In this document: positions 37,515 through 50,358 of the stretch, piece after piece
Position numbering within the stretch: position 1 is the first letter of the stretch
Layout of the letters: each line of letters begins with the position of its first letter
Origin: Entomortierella parvispora E1425
Taxonomy: Eukaryota; Fungi; Mortierellomycota
DNA length: 64,000 bases
NCBI GenBank assembly: GCA_020891255.1
Contig: BQFW01000002.1
Span: forward strand, 1,302,001 to 1,366,000
Direction of reading: 5' to 3'
Notes under the pieces: model-generated
Databases searched by the model: none
What the model saw: the letters and a program-made list of their open reading frames with translations, nothing else
What the model was told of the DNA's origin: nothing
Position numbers and translations under genes: made by a program

Positions 37515-39189
37515 TTAGACCAATGGTGTGGTGACAATGTTTTCGAATTTGGCCTACAATCGATCAAAAAGGTAAGTGCGCTGAAGATCGCAAGTGCAGG
37601 CTGACCCTTTGGGAAGACAGCCTTCGCGGAAACTTACCAAGACGTCGGGATCAATAAATTTTCCTACGACCTGAACGCGTTCACTGTAATTCATCCCCAT
37701 GAACATCTTGAGAGAGCAAAGCGAAAGGATGAGCTGAATCGAAAATAGGTTGAACGTCTGAAAGCTAGCTAGAAATCGTTCGTGCTGAATACCGTGGTCG
37801 TCATTAGAAAGGGATGCTCATCGGGGTTCATTCAGATCAGGTCAGCGCATACTGCTACTTACGGTGCTATCTAATTCATTCATCCAGTCCCTCCAGAGCC
37901 ACTCGTCCTTGTCTCTCCACCCATCCTGTTCTCGACGTATACCTCTCCTGGCCAATTCGTCTATCTCCTGCGCAATGTGTTCCCCAACCGCTCGTGACAT
38001 CCTTGCAGCACAGCGGTTGTCTGATGCAAATAGGAGCCGTGTCTGGAACCGCACTGGCGTTGGACCCACTAAATCGTCGATGCCTCTATCTTTTCTGTGG
38101 TTCGACATTGCGCTTCCAGAGTTGTAGGATATTTTTGATGCCCAAGACGGCGCTTCTGTTGTTGTTAGGATCCAGGCCATAAGTTTCCTAAGCTGAACCA
38201 TCACTGGTCCTGAATATGGATCGATCCGAGGGAGAGGGTGGGCAGTAAGAGCAGCCGAGGACCGTCCCGATGACATTGTCGAAAATGCCGAGACTTGAGC
38301 TGCATGAATGGATGATCGCCAGGCATACTCTTCAAAAATAATCCAAAGAACTTTATACCGGGGGCCGATCCTTGCAATGCAAGCAACAAGTTCATTCAGT
38401 CCTGCATCCGGATCCTGTACATTTCTTTGCCCAATCTCCCGTAGAGGATAGAACAAGATCCCGTTCTTTTCATCGACGATGATATCGACATCCACACGGG
38501 TTTTGTCTCTGTTCCTGGTCTGGATCGGGAGCAATGACTATGGGAGCAGGCTTTAACGAGTCAGACGTTATAAGATGATATGCATGTTGCCACCAAACAG
38601 TGACAAGGAAGGTCTGCCCATTTACCCTCAAATATTCTACATCCCGCTCAATGAACTGGATGCGACAGAGATCCTGATCTCGAAGTGCCCGTGTCAGGGC
38701 ATTGTTTTGTAAAAGTCGAGTGGAGATGATATAGCGGTGTTCTTCAGTCGTCGGTGGTGGTAGCGGATCAGGGAGTCTCGGTAGCCGCGGGCTGTCCGTC
38801 TTCCTGGGGTTTGATGGTCCATGCAATCGAGCTTGTGGGGGTGGATGTGGTGGTGCAGTAGAATAGGGAGTGGACGAGCTCCGAGCCTGCGAATGACTAC
38901 CCTTGTGATTGCCATTGTTATTATAGCCATCTTGCATTTCATCCTGTGGTTGCTGCTGCCGATGGGTCTTTGTAGGAAGGTTCAAATGACCCGTTGGTTC
39001 TATCTTGCGTCTTTTTATTCTCGTGTTGGCTGTGGAAATGGACGTCGATCCTGAATTATCTGACGCTGTTGTCACTAGAGGCAACATTACTCGCTGGCGA
39101 GACCGCTGCAGAGCCAAAAACATGCTGATGGAGGCAGCAGGCGAGAACCCTAGAGGACTTTTCGATGGCAAAGGTGCTTTATCCGTCAT
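37515..39189 (-). CDS. XPF/ERCC4-like domain plus HhH-like tail; SHOC1/Zip2-like meiotic protein (tentative)
   Basis: RIQFIERDVEYL | VDVDIIVDEKNGILFYPL...RYKVLWIIFEEY, then HERFLASFQTFNLFSIQLILSLCSLKMF; four exons reconstructed, ending AKFENIVTTPLV*. Confidence 0.55.
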
Positions 39190-39351
39190 GTTTACGGAGA
39201 ATAGGAATGTCCATTTGAGCAAGAGAAGAATGAGGTGAGGTGCGGAAGAAACAAAGGAGTACAGGAGCAAACATGAAATTAAGCTCATATGGGTTTATTT
39301 CGTGGTATCTCGACCCAATCCAAAACTGAGGACCGCCCCATGTCCTTCCTT

Positions 39352-40756
39352 CTATGCGATCGTCGTTGGTGTAGATCCAGAGGCCGTGGTCGATGTAGAC
39401 GTGGACCCAGGAAGACCCTGGGGATTGTGGGACCTGCCCTTGTTGAGAGCACCATGACCGGCAGCAGCTTCCGCCAACAAGGGCTCCGTCTCTGCAGACT
39501 CAAACTCGCTGTAGCCATAGGTCTTGGCACGGTAGTGGTAGTAGATGCACATAATCAAAAGTGTGCCCTGAAGGCATCCTGTCACTGCATACACGATCCA
39601 TGTAGTCCAATTAGCGCCTGGTCGGAGAGCCAGCGAAAGAGTCAAAAGCGCCGCTCCTGGTGTTTGCATCATCATCATTGGAATACTCAGAGCCCCCACC
39701 GACTATCGTTCAGAATAAAGACATTTTGTTAGCTACCGGATCGAGGTGAGCCTACGTTCCTTGTCCATCCCAGAATCACGGAGAATAAAAAGTAATATTT
39801 GTGACCATCTTACCTTGCGCCTGAAAGTCCTCATGATTTGAGGAACATACTGGATCGTGGCGAGGAGAACGCTGGTGATGCCCAAGAAGCTCGCCCAGGC
39901 TGAAGTCAAAGGGTGTTCAGGTCCGCCGACCCAAACCAACATGTAGATCGTGACAAGCACACAAATGATCAAATGGGCTGCCACCACATGGGCAATCAAC
40001 ACTGACACCTTCCATTCCTCTGAAGGAGCAGGGAGGAACTTGAAGCGACGGCTGTGGATCTGAAGCTGTGGCGCCTTCTTGTAAGCTGGAAAGTAAATCA
40101 GGTACAGCACAAACCTATGTTCATCAGAGCGGATTTGATCGGTCAGTTGTCTGTAACGCAACCGTTGGCTGTATTGTCGAGCGTTGCATGGCCAACAGGT
40201 CTTACACCAGTCCAAACATCACAAACTGGACCCCGAGCTGTGCGATCCCGAGAGTGCTTTCCAAGCATGGGCCGAGGTTCTAAGGCAGCGGGGATGAGCG
40301 GGATTCGAAAATATAGATGTCAGCGACAGTTTTTTTCGTTGCACCAAAGTACGGACGCGACTTTACGAGAAGCTACGCACGGCGAACTTACAAGGACTTT
40401 ACAACACATGATCACTCTCCACTGAAGGATGACAATATTGAGAAACGTGGAGCTTGCCGAGATACAGCCAAGGAGAAGGAACCAAGGGCTGATGCCCTCA
40501 CTTGTGCGGTTGATAATAATGCGGAGATGCTAGCAGACAGTAAAAGTCACATAGAGGACGTGAGAACTTTGTCATGATAGAGAGCATATCATTGTCGATC
40601 TATTGGGAGGAGGGCCAGTACCTGGGGAAGGTAGGATACAACCATGCCCACGAGAATAAAGAGGGACAGGGCTAGCTCAAAGTCATTGTGCCTGGCTGTG
40701 CATCCATCTGGGATGTCTGGCTGAGGTGCCGACGAAGTATCATCGGAAAAGAGCAT
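39352..40756 (-). CDS. PQ-loop repeat membrane protein
   Basis: Two PQ motifs (VVSYLPQ and TIQYVPQIMRTFRRK); GALSIPMMMMQTPG; about 7 TM segments; multi-exon. Confidence 0.9.
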
Positions 40757-41708
40757 CCACATGGAATATAAGTTCGTACGGGAGGAATGGAGACTTGAGG
40801 TGATGGAGGAAACGGTCGAATGAATGTTGAAAGGGAAGAGAAAGAGAGAGAGAGAGAGACACAGTGCAAGCGAATTGAGTGGCCCAAGCGTGCCAAGGTC
40901 ATGCTGGCCTCAAGACGTATGTATCACGTGGCGACAATGATGGCCATGTCACCGAGACTGCTCGGTTTGGCGCCTCTTCGGTCTCGAAGATGATGGCAAA
41001 GGGATGTTACTCCGCGTCAACCAGCACTCCTGGTTCAACAGGTGTACAAGTCTATCTGAACCAAATTCAGCTGAACGGTATACAGTAGCTGTTTTGGAGT
41101 GGAAATCCGCAACCTCATCGGCTCAATATCCTCTTGAGTCATGATATCAAATTTGTCTTTTACACGGATACCTTGAGCACACTAGGACCGTATTGTTCAT
41201 TTTTCCATGGGCGATGCTTGTCGCCTTGTGTGTCGATATCTGGTCTTGGGTCAGGTCAAGGGTGCAGGTCAACGAGCGATGGGCGAAATGAATTCATGCG
41301 AGGAAATAAATAGTACTCATTAAATCCACGCCAAATTGTGTGACGTCAGCATGGCCTGCCTTAAGGCAGGCCATTCACACAGAAAATCATCAACAAAAAA
41401 AAGCAGCTCGACGCGGACAACACGCGCCCTTTGATTCCCTTGACTTCGACCCATCTTCCCTTTCCTCTTCTCCTTCATTCCTTCATTGACAGTCTTGCCA
41501 TTCTTCCACAGCATCCCTGCTTAAGCACTCTATCCCGCCTCGATTGATCAGTCACGCCATCTTGACCTGAATTACCCTCAACGCACGCGAGCCCGCAATT
41601 GAATCACGTATACATACGCAAAAGCAAAGAGCAGGACCAAGCCATTCCCTCCCATTCCAGTCACATCATCCGTGACATCAGACCCTTCATTCCTTCTTGG
41701 ACACGACC

Positions 41709-43734
41709 ATGGCCAGGCACCAAGCAATTGCCAGGGCGAGGAAGCGCAAGAATGCCGACCGCAGCGATGGCGAGGACGACTCTGACTTTGACTATACCCA
41801 CAAACAGCCACTCAAGCTGACGAGCCTGCAGCCCTCAGCAAAGGCACAACCCAAGCCAAAAGCACGGAGTAGTCGAACTCAACCACAGTCGTCGTCTTCT
41901 CGCTCAAAGAAACATCAACAGCAGGCCGTCCCCTCTCTTTCTTCTTCGGACAGGGACAGCCCCTCGCCTGTAGAACGTACTCATGCAAGCTCACGGACGC
42001 GACCTGTTCCCAACAAAGACGAAGGCTGGAAGGCCGAGCTGAAAGATTTGGTAAGGCAAGCAGGATGCCTTTGGACCTGGAGGAGTCTATGAAAAAACTG
42101 CTTCTTGAAAGTAGACCATGCTTAACAAGACTAACATGCCTTTCTTTCAATTGAACTTGTGAACTTGCTCTTTGCCTTGCTAGCAGCGATCCAAACGAGG
42201 TATGATATGCTTAGTCCCAGGAGTTTCCTGCCCACCGTTGATTACAACCGTACTGACTCAACTTATTCTTGCATTGCGCCACTAGTCACAGAAGAGGATC
42301 GTGGATTTGTATTCAGGAGGAAAACAATCACTACATCAACGACGGCTGTTGATAACTCGCACTCATCAACCAGGACGACATCTAAAAGTTCCAGCAATGG
42401 CGGTACTAGACAGGACAAAGCCTCTAAAGCTATCAACGATAATCGGCAACGCTTGCGCGACCATACCCCAGAAAGATCCTCGGATGCCATCGTTGAGATT
42501 CCAATGAGAGAGACACCAATGATCAACAAAAACAAAGATTTGAGGGAAGGAAACAGGCGCTCGAGCTTTACCATGCGTGGACGACGAGCATCATCAATTG
42601 GAAATGGATTCAATGGTAAGTACATCTTCTATGAAAATGGATGTGAAAAAAGCCACTCGTTTCGATACCCTTTTTTGTTCTAATCATCTCCATCACTCAA
42701 TTTGTTCATAAGCTCTACCACATCCTTCGGTCGACTCGAGCACTTTCTTCCGCCACATCTCTGCCGAGCAACCATCTGTAATTCGGATGAAGCAGCTGAT
42801 GTCTTGGTGTGCGCGGAGATGTATCGATGGACAGAGGAACAAATCTCAAACGGCACTCAAAGTCGCCAAGCAAGTAGAAGAGGAGACGCTGTCCATGTTG
42901 ATCAGGGGCGACTTTTCAATGTCATGGCTTAACCGTCAGGAGCGAGAGCCGATTCGAAAAGTACCCAAGAAGCCTCACCTGCAAAACGTCAAAAATCTAC
43001 AGAAGCTGAAAGAGTACGAAGAACAAATCGCCAAGCTCCAAAAAGAGGACGAAGAGTGGACAAACGTCATTAGCTCATTCAATACGTTCCACGCCTCACT
43101 TGTGGACAGTGGACCGCCACTACCGCCTGGCGATGACCCAATTATGGTTCAGTCAGTTTTTGCCGATGATATTGACCTGGATCTCTTGACTGCTGACGAA
43201 CGGAGCATGTGGGAAAAGCACTGTAAGGACAAGGCTGTCGCAAAGTCCACGACCACATCAAGTAAAAAAGCTTTGGAATCCAACGCAAAGGCTTCGTCCA
43301 AGGAGCAAAACAAATGGATGGTCGACATGATGAGCACGCTGGAGAAAGAGGTAAGACGAGACTACTTTCGCTGCAGGATTCATTCGACTTTTTTTCATGA
43401 AAATGGAGGAAGTCTTGTCTGATATTCACACTCTTTTCCCATTCGTACTTGCTAGGTCGACAGCCTTCAGGACATCCTTTATGGCGCGTCGCGGTTTGAC
43501 AAAGTGACGAAACAATACACAGATCAGGTCCTAGAACAGATTGCGTCTGCAATTGACGGACGACAGCGACCTGGCCCCATGGAGAGTATACCCGCGGCTC
43601 CTGTTCTCCCATTGTCCACAAAGGGAGCCGCACACGCGACTATTGCGCCTGCAGTCTCAATAGCACCCTCAGCACCGGACTCTGCTGACGATCCACGACA
43701 AATCCTGCGAGCCCTTTCTAGGCTGAGTCTGTGA
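41709..43734 (+). CDS. DSN1: Kinetochore Mis12-complex subunit Dsn1/Mis13
   Basis: GFVFRRK; Aurora-B-type RRSSFTMRGRRASSIGNG; RMKQLMSWCARR; coiled-coil; C-terminal QILRALSRL. Confidence 0.85.
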
Positions 43735-44309
43735 CGCTGCATTTGACCTTAATAAATAACCCTCAGCTTCGCTAGCCAAACATCAGTATCTTTGCGCCGT
43801 TTCATTCCCATGGCCCCATCGACTGGAACAAGATACGGCTCTGATATTTCGACTGTTCTGTGGTGCCGGAGCAGTTAAAGCTCAGACGCGTTACTGGGAC
43901 CTGCATGTCCAAACGCCCTTCTCTTTCCATTTTCCATGTGTTGACGGTCCGACAACGATTGTCCGTTAGAGTGCTTTTGCAACCGCGACCACATCACCAC
44001 ACCCCAGATCCCACTGGGATCCAGCAGGATGAAAGCATATGCTCATGCCATCCATTATCCACACTACACACGCCACACCACCGACTGCCAGCAAAATCGA
44101 TGAATGGAAGGGTACTCCCCCTGTTACGTTTTTTCATTTTTTTTTCAATGTGCTATTTAAACGCTTGTACCGCTCGTGTCCTGGGAACGGGAGAGTGAAA
44201 ATCATTCATCATCGGATGGATCGGTCCCTTTTTCCTTGGTGTGGAAATGCGACGAAAGATATTTATTGCTACACATTGAGGGAGAAGGAGGAAGCGAGAC
44301 AGAAAAAAA

Positions 44310-44340
<31 letters not shown>

Positions 44341-44442
44341 AGGCAGGATAAGAAGAGTCTTTTTTTTTCCTGCTTCTTTTCTGAAGAAGAGTGATGGTGT
44401 GTTTTGGAGGGGAGTTTGGAGTTTTTCGGACGGGTTCCAATT

Positions 44443-44832
44443 TTAATGAGCGCCATTGTCACTGAATCTGAGGCCAAAGTTGATCAAGATGGCGGCCAAG
44501 ATAAAGACGCAGAGGACAGTGGGGCCGAAGCGATCGTCATAAGGTCCGGGCAATCTCTTTCGGATCCTGTCTGCGCGCCAGTGGAAGGTAGCGAGGGCAT
44601 AAATCATGACGACCATGGCCACGAACGTGAAGACACCGGCCGAGATGCGACCGATCCGGTCACCAAAGTTCAACAGACCAATCGCCAAGGATCCCAACAG
44701 GACCGTAAAGTTGAGCCAGGAGAGAAAAGTACGTTCGTTGGCAAAGAAGACCTTGGGTTCGACCCGGACAGGGAGAGCAATACGCTTTCCGGGTGTGGCC
44801 TGCAACAAGGGTTGCGTTGTGGAAGAGGGCAT
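44443..44832 (-). CDS. VTC1: Vacuolar transporter chaperone Vtc1 (polyphosphate synthesis complex)
   Basis: [24 protein letters not shown] plus three TM helices; [13 protein letters not shown]. Confidence 0.97.
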   Translation of the reverse strand: MPSSTTQPLLQATPGKRIALPVRVEPKVFFANERTFLSWLNFTVLLGSLAIGLLNFGDRIGRISAGVFTFVAMVVMIYALATFHWRADRIRKRLPGPYDDRFGPTVLCVFILAAILINFGLRFSDNGAH

Positions 44833-45376
44833 AGTGGTTGTGTGAACGTGTCCTGACATGATGTATTCTTTTGTTGTGGGTTGTTGTTTGCTGTGGTTGT
44901 TTTGGGTATATGTCCTGCTGCTTTCCTGCGAAAAAAGAGATGCTTGTGTCTGGGGGACTATTGCATGAAAGAGAATCGATCAGTTCATGTACGTTTGTTT
45001 GTCTTTGCATGCCTCGAAGTTCACAATCACAGGCTCATTTTCCCGAGAGAAGAGAGGAGAAGACGAAGAGAGGTAATGTAAGTTTACCTCTATATTTTAG
45101 TACCGGGGATAACAGAGGAAAGAAGGAAGGAAGGAATGCAAAGAGAGGGCAATGGGAGAGAGAGAGATGGACTGATGAAAAGAAGAGAGAAGAGGAAAAA
45201 GAGGGGAAAGAAGAAAGAAGTGAAGCAGCGCCCAAGCAACAGACCGAAGTGTGAAGGTGCAAAGTGTGAAGTCTGCGATAGTGTGCAATTGAAAGTAGAA
45301 ACCGTTGGATCGTTTCCTTTTTTTTTTTTGTTCTTGTTCTTGTTCTTGTTCCTCTTTGTTCCTCTGCGCGTATCAT

Positions 45377-45415
<39 letters not shown>

Positions 45416-46671
45416 CTCTCTCTCATCATCTTCACAGTCATGGCTGCTCAGGCGACAATGGGTTGTGCTGACCCTCTCCGCTCTTGTCTGCGACACTGAG
45501 CATTGATGGTTTGCCTTGAGTCAGAAACCTAGAAGAACACAGGAGCAGAACAAGACACGACGTCGCCAGCCATCGCGGGGACTCGCTCTGCTATCGACGG
45601 GGCGGACTTGGACGATCTGTCCTCCAAAGACAAAAAGACCGCCCTTTAGGTTCCAACTGCAGCTCATTTCAGTGCCGCTGCCCGCTGAGCACGTTGCGGG
45701 GTCGCACGCTGCGATAGGTCGGATCTGCGCTCTCCCTGGCGTCGCACACACCCAGACAAGCGGGCACACACCTCACCCCGGCCTTCCTCTCATCGTGAAA
45801 GTCAGTGCACGTTTTCTGTCAATTTCTATCCATCTGACATCTCGATTGCCCAACCTGGTCTACAGAGATATATACCTGCACCTTGAGTGTCTGCTCGTTG
45901 TCAACAACAGCAGCCACAACCACAGCCACCACAACGACGCGTCTTGATGGAAACGAGGGTTTGTTGTCGATAGCCCCTAGGGCGCGTCCATTGGATACCC
46001 TGCAGCTGCATGCAGGCATCTAAGCACACGAAAAGGCCATGCTCCCCGCTGTTTCCTTTCTCTCCCCTCTCCTCTGCCACAGTCCCTGGGATGTTGCTGT
46101 TGCATTCGATCGCAGACAAGACAGGTAACACGCAGCAACATCTCTTGCACTCCCTACCGTTCCCCTTGGGACACTTTGCATCTCCCTGGCAACCTCCTTC
46201 CTGGCGCCTGCCCTTCCTTTTGTATTCCCTTCATTCACTTCTGACCCCCTTCTTCCTCTCTGCAACCTCTAGAGTTTTCGTCTTTAGGTTTATATTCTCT
46301 GCGCCCCTTTCTTCGTCCTCCTCCTCTCTATCTGCCGCTTCTTCTTGACCCCTTCTGGTTCCCCGGGACACGAAAAGAGAGAGGGAAAGAAGCCGAAAGG
46401 ATCCCTTTGGTCGCAGCTTCTTTTGTAAAGTCAAGTGCCTTCTGCTCTCACTAGGACTCTTTACATGCATCCAGGTTGTTCTCTCTCTTTTTTTTTCTTC
46501 CACCATCCTCCACTCCTTCTAACTACCTTTCTTTCTTTCTCCCTTCCACTCCTCCCTTCTTTCCTCCCTTCTAATCCCTTTCCTTTCTGCGCGCTAATCC
46601 ACGTTTTAGACTCTCTCGCCCATAGGAACCCCATCTTCCTTTCCCGCCACCACCCACCGTTCCTCCTCGAC

Positions 46672-47613
46672 ATGCATTCCTCTTCGTTTTTCTTGGTTCT
46701 TGCTACCCTACTGGCCATTGCTTCAACTGCTATGGGTAACCAACCGGTCATGGCACCTGCTCTAAAGGCGTGTTACTATTATTACAAAGACTAACATCCA
46801 CGGGTTATCTTATTCTCTACCACCGTCCATCCACTTTTGCTTTCTTCAACAACACCACATTGCTCTCCCTTTCGGCCCTTTTCTTCACGCGTCGATTTCG
46901 ACTGACCTCCTGGGATGGTGGTGGATAACAACATGACAACAACAACAATCATAATAAATAGCCGATCTACAGCTGACGGCGCCCAACTCGACCTCGTTTG
47001 TCACGGCAGGAGGGTCGCTCCAGATCGCATGGACGTACTCTGGAGCAACGCCAGCATCGCCCCCGACCATCTCTGTCGAGCTCGTTGACAATGTAAGAAT
47101 CCCCCCCCCCCCCCCAGATCAAGTCTTTCATTTTTTGGCGCTACAGTCCCCGAGGATATCGCTTTTTTGCCAACGGAACAGATCAAAACACAGCAACGGT
47201 GCAACGACAGCAGTAATGTCCATCTAATACCATTTTCATTTCCTATTCTCCCCCCCCCCCCCCCTCTTCCTTCTCCATAGAACAAGAAACTCTTTACTGG
47301 ACCGTTGGCACTGTTCTCCAACTTGGCCACAACCAGCGGCATGGCGACTTGGTCTGTCCCTAAATTGGGTTTTGTCGGAGGCAACTTTTCTGTGATCCTG
47401 GTCGCCAACATTGCCAGTCAGGCCACCATCTACGCCATCGGTCCTTCCTTTGCCATCCAACCCGAGGGAACTGCGGCGGATCAACAACCCGGCAGTGGTT
47501 CTGCACATGCCAATGGTACATCGACGGCTACGATTTCAACAGCACAGTGGAGACATATGGGCAAGGGCATGGTTCTTCTCTCCGTCATCGTGTTGGTCAT
47601 CACCAGCTTCTAA
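46672..47613 (+). CDS. Secreted, probably GPI-anchored Ser/Thr-rich cell-surface protein with an Ig-like (Kre9/Knh1 N-terminal-like) domain
   Basis: Signal peptide MHSSSFFLVLATLLAIASTA; LTAPNSTS...LQIAWTYSG...ISVELVDN; C-terminal hydrophobic tail; two introns. Confidence 0.75.
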
Positions 47614-48300
47614 TCACGTAAGAGGAGGAAAAAAACAAAAGGGAAAGACTATCCTTCTTTCTTTTCGCAATCTTAGTCTCAACATCTCTCCGGCTAGGAA
47701 AGCCCCATTCTTCAACTTCTTGTCCAATAATATTTGCATCCTAATTATTAGTTTAACACTGACCAATGTGGGGAATGAAAGGAGACAAGATTCATAAAAT
47801 GTTTTCATTGTTTTTATTATTAATTATTACGTTGGCAGTGGTTGAAGACGCCAACCCAGTGAAGGGGGAGGAGGGGATGAGACGTGGGATCGCGGATATA
47901 TGAATAGGTGTGAGATAGAGGAGGAGGGGGTCTATGTTATGAGGTGGGGTGGCGATATTAAGGATACAAGTAGATAAAGGGAAATGCAAAGCAAAAGAAA
48001 GAAAAAGAAAAGAAAAGAAAAGAAAACAAGAGCAAGAAAAGGGAGAAAAAAAATACAAGTAGGAAAGAAAAAAGGAATGGACGTTAAACGAAGAATAGAG
48101 GAAATAAAGAAAAGGGAATACTAAGGTCCAGTCTAGATGTTTGATTAAGAAACATGAGGGGGGGTTTTGAGATCCGATGGCATCGGAAGCTTAGGGAAGG
48201 AGGGAGGGAGAGATGGAGGGAAGGAGGGAGGAAGAGCATGAAAAAAGGAAGAGAGGGTGAAAAGGAGGAGGAGGAGGAGAGGTAGGGGGGAGGAAAAAAA

Positions 48301-49737
48301 TTACAAGGTGTGGACATTGGGCAGGCCATTGAACGGTTGACGCCATCCACACTGGAACTGGTTCTTGTCATAGCCATCGCCACTGGTCGAAGAGTTGTAT
48401 CCCAAATGACGCTGCAACAACGTCTTGCTGGTCACCAAGGTACCGGCGCAGCTTGAGCAAAACTCGTGCTCGCCCATCAGACAATCCTGCAGACTGATAT
48501 CTGGTGGGGGTGCAATCATCCCCTGGGAATGAGCCAAGGCATCCCCTTCCAAAATAAACGACGCGGTCAGGGCCACAGACCGTTTGAAGATCAAGCCCGA
48601 GCCGCCAGTGCCGACAAACAGTCCACAGTGATCCTGCACCTTTCGGTTGGCCTCGTACAAGGTGTTGAGCATTGTCTGCCATCCATCCTCACAGAATGGG
48701 AAATCGTCCTCCATCAGACCCAAGTAGACAGAGTCTTCCTGAGTGCCAATCTTGCGAATCGCGCTCACAAGGTGGTGGCGGTGGTTCTTCTCAAAGCCAT
48801 CCTCGCGGATCCATTGAACGTGCTTGCGAGCTTTGGGGATCTTGTCGAAATAGAGCTTGGCTTCATCGTAGCCAGGAAAGTCTGTGAAGTGCGTGTACAC
48901 CACAATCTGAATCCTTGAGTAGAGAGGATCCACTTCCTCATCCGGAAAGTTGGCCAAGTAAGAGGACAGGGTTTCCTTGATGTAGGTCGTTCCACGCTTC
49001 CTGGGGGCTGTCATGAGGATCAAGGTCAACAAGAATGGAGTCTCGGGTTCGACACTGCTGCTCAAGACTACATTGCTGACGTCAGGACGGTGGGTATGGT
49101 ACTTGTTGCCGGTCAAGAGGACAAGCAAGAGAAACAGGAGGGTTGGGAACGTGTAGGCAAACGTCTTCCAGATAGGTCGCTCGTTCTTTTTACTGTTGTG
49201 GTTGCCCTTGAAGATGGTATCGTCACCTGTCAACGTCGAATCCGAGAATGCGCCGTCGTCCTCCAGCAGAGCTTCCAGGCCTTCCTCATCCCAGAGCTGG
49301 AGTTTTTCAAATGGCACAGTCTGAGGTCTGCCGCCCCAGTGTCCCAGGCTGTGCTGAAAAGAGATTGCGAGGGCAGCAAAGAAGCCAACGACCATGCCTG
49401 CGCCAGCCCACCAGACAACTGTCTTTGGGATCCCGTTCAAGAGGCAGAGGACGATCTGAACAAGCGTTTTCCGCTTACGCCAGAACACGGCAGACTTTTC
49501 ACCCGAAAAGGGTGTCGAAGGGAACAAGGACTGCACGATCAGCAATGCAAACAGATAGGGAGCCAGACCTAAGAATACACCATTGGAGGAAAGTGAGTTA
49601 CTGCTTGTTCGGCTTGCTTTGCTAAAATAAAGGAGGAATGGGTGTCTCTCTTTTTCCTTGTTGTCTTTCCATCCAGTATCAGTGGTTCTCGTGATGATAG
49701 ATCCATGCGTGCGTGCCCTAGATCCCTGGGCTGACAA
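48301..49737 (-). CDS. Membrane-anchored GT54/MGAT4-like glycosyltransferase (5' end uncertain)
   Basis: 478-aa ORF; TM segments, then LMTAPRKRGTTYIKETLSSYL and YLGLMEDDFPFC (metal-binding EDD), resembling N-acetylglucosaminyltransferase IV-like motifs. Confidence 0.6.
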   Translation of the reverse strand: MSAQGSRARTHGSIITRTTDTGWKDNKEKERHPFLLYFSKASRTSSNSLSSNGVFLGLAPYLFALLIVQSLFPSTPFSGEKSAVFWRKRKTLVQIVLCLLNGIPKTVVWWAGAGMVVGFFAALAISFQHSLGHWGGRPQTVPFEKLQLWDEEGLEALLEDDGAFSDSTLTGDDTIFKGNHNSKKNERPIWKTFAYTFPTLLFLLLVLLTGNKYHTHRPDVSNVVLSSSVEPETPFLLTLILMTAPRKRGTTYIKETLSSYLANFPDEEVDPLYSRIQIVVYTHFTDFPGYDEAKLYFDKIPKARKHVQWIREDGFEKNHRHHLVSAIRKIGTQEDSVYLGLMEDDFPFCEDGWQTMLNTLYEANRKVQDHCGLFVGTGGSGLIFKRSVALTASFILEGDALAHSQGMIAPPPDISLQDCLMGEHEFCSSCAGTLVTSKTLLQRHLGYNSSTSGDGYDKNQFQCGWRQPFNGLPNVHTL

Positions 49738-50358
49738 CTCCCCCTCACCCCTGTGTCTGTCTGACCCATGTCAATGTCAGTGTCTGCCAGATCCCAATAG
49801 TCCTGAAGAAAACCCAGAAGGTTCTCGTGCATGGGTGGGCTGCATCGGGTCTCACGGGCTATGACGCCTTTTGCCGTTCTATTTTTTTTTTTAAAATGGT
49901 GGCACTGCCCCCCTTTTGCCGTTGTGATCGCCCTTGTCGTCGTCCTGTGCGTAAAAATAGCCGAGCTCCTTCAAGGCTGCTTGGCCCAACTCCTCTTTCC
50001 CCTTCTCCCTGTGTTTAACAACAACAAGCCCCGTTCCTTTGTTGGGCAGGATCAACAAAGAATGTTTGTTCACGATTCATGCATGTATCTCTTTCCCCCC
50101 TCTTTGCCTGCCTGTGCCTTTTGTTGTGTTTTGCTCAGAACGATACTTGTCGCAGTGTGGGCTGGAACAAGACGAAAAAGAAAAACCCATTGTTCCTGTT
50201 TCCGATGGTCGAAAAGGGTCCAGCTTCTGATTCCGACTATCGAAAGAGCGACCGACATGGAGAGTTCCAGCGGGGTGGTTTCCTGTGTGCCCTCTCCACA
50301 TTTTGAAGGAAAGAAAAAAATAAAGGAAAATAAAAAACAAGGGTCTGCTTTTCTTACC

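Noticed and set aside
37001-37534. Short plus-strand ORFs between the AT-hook and XPF-like genes
   Set aside because: All are under 100 aa, with no motif, splice support or codon bias.
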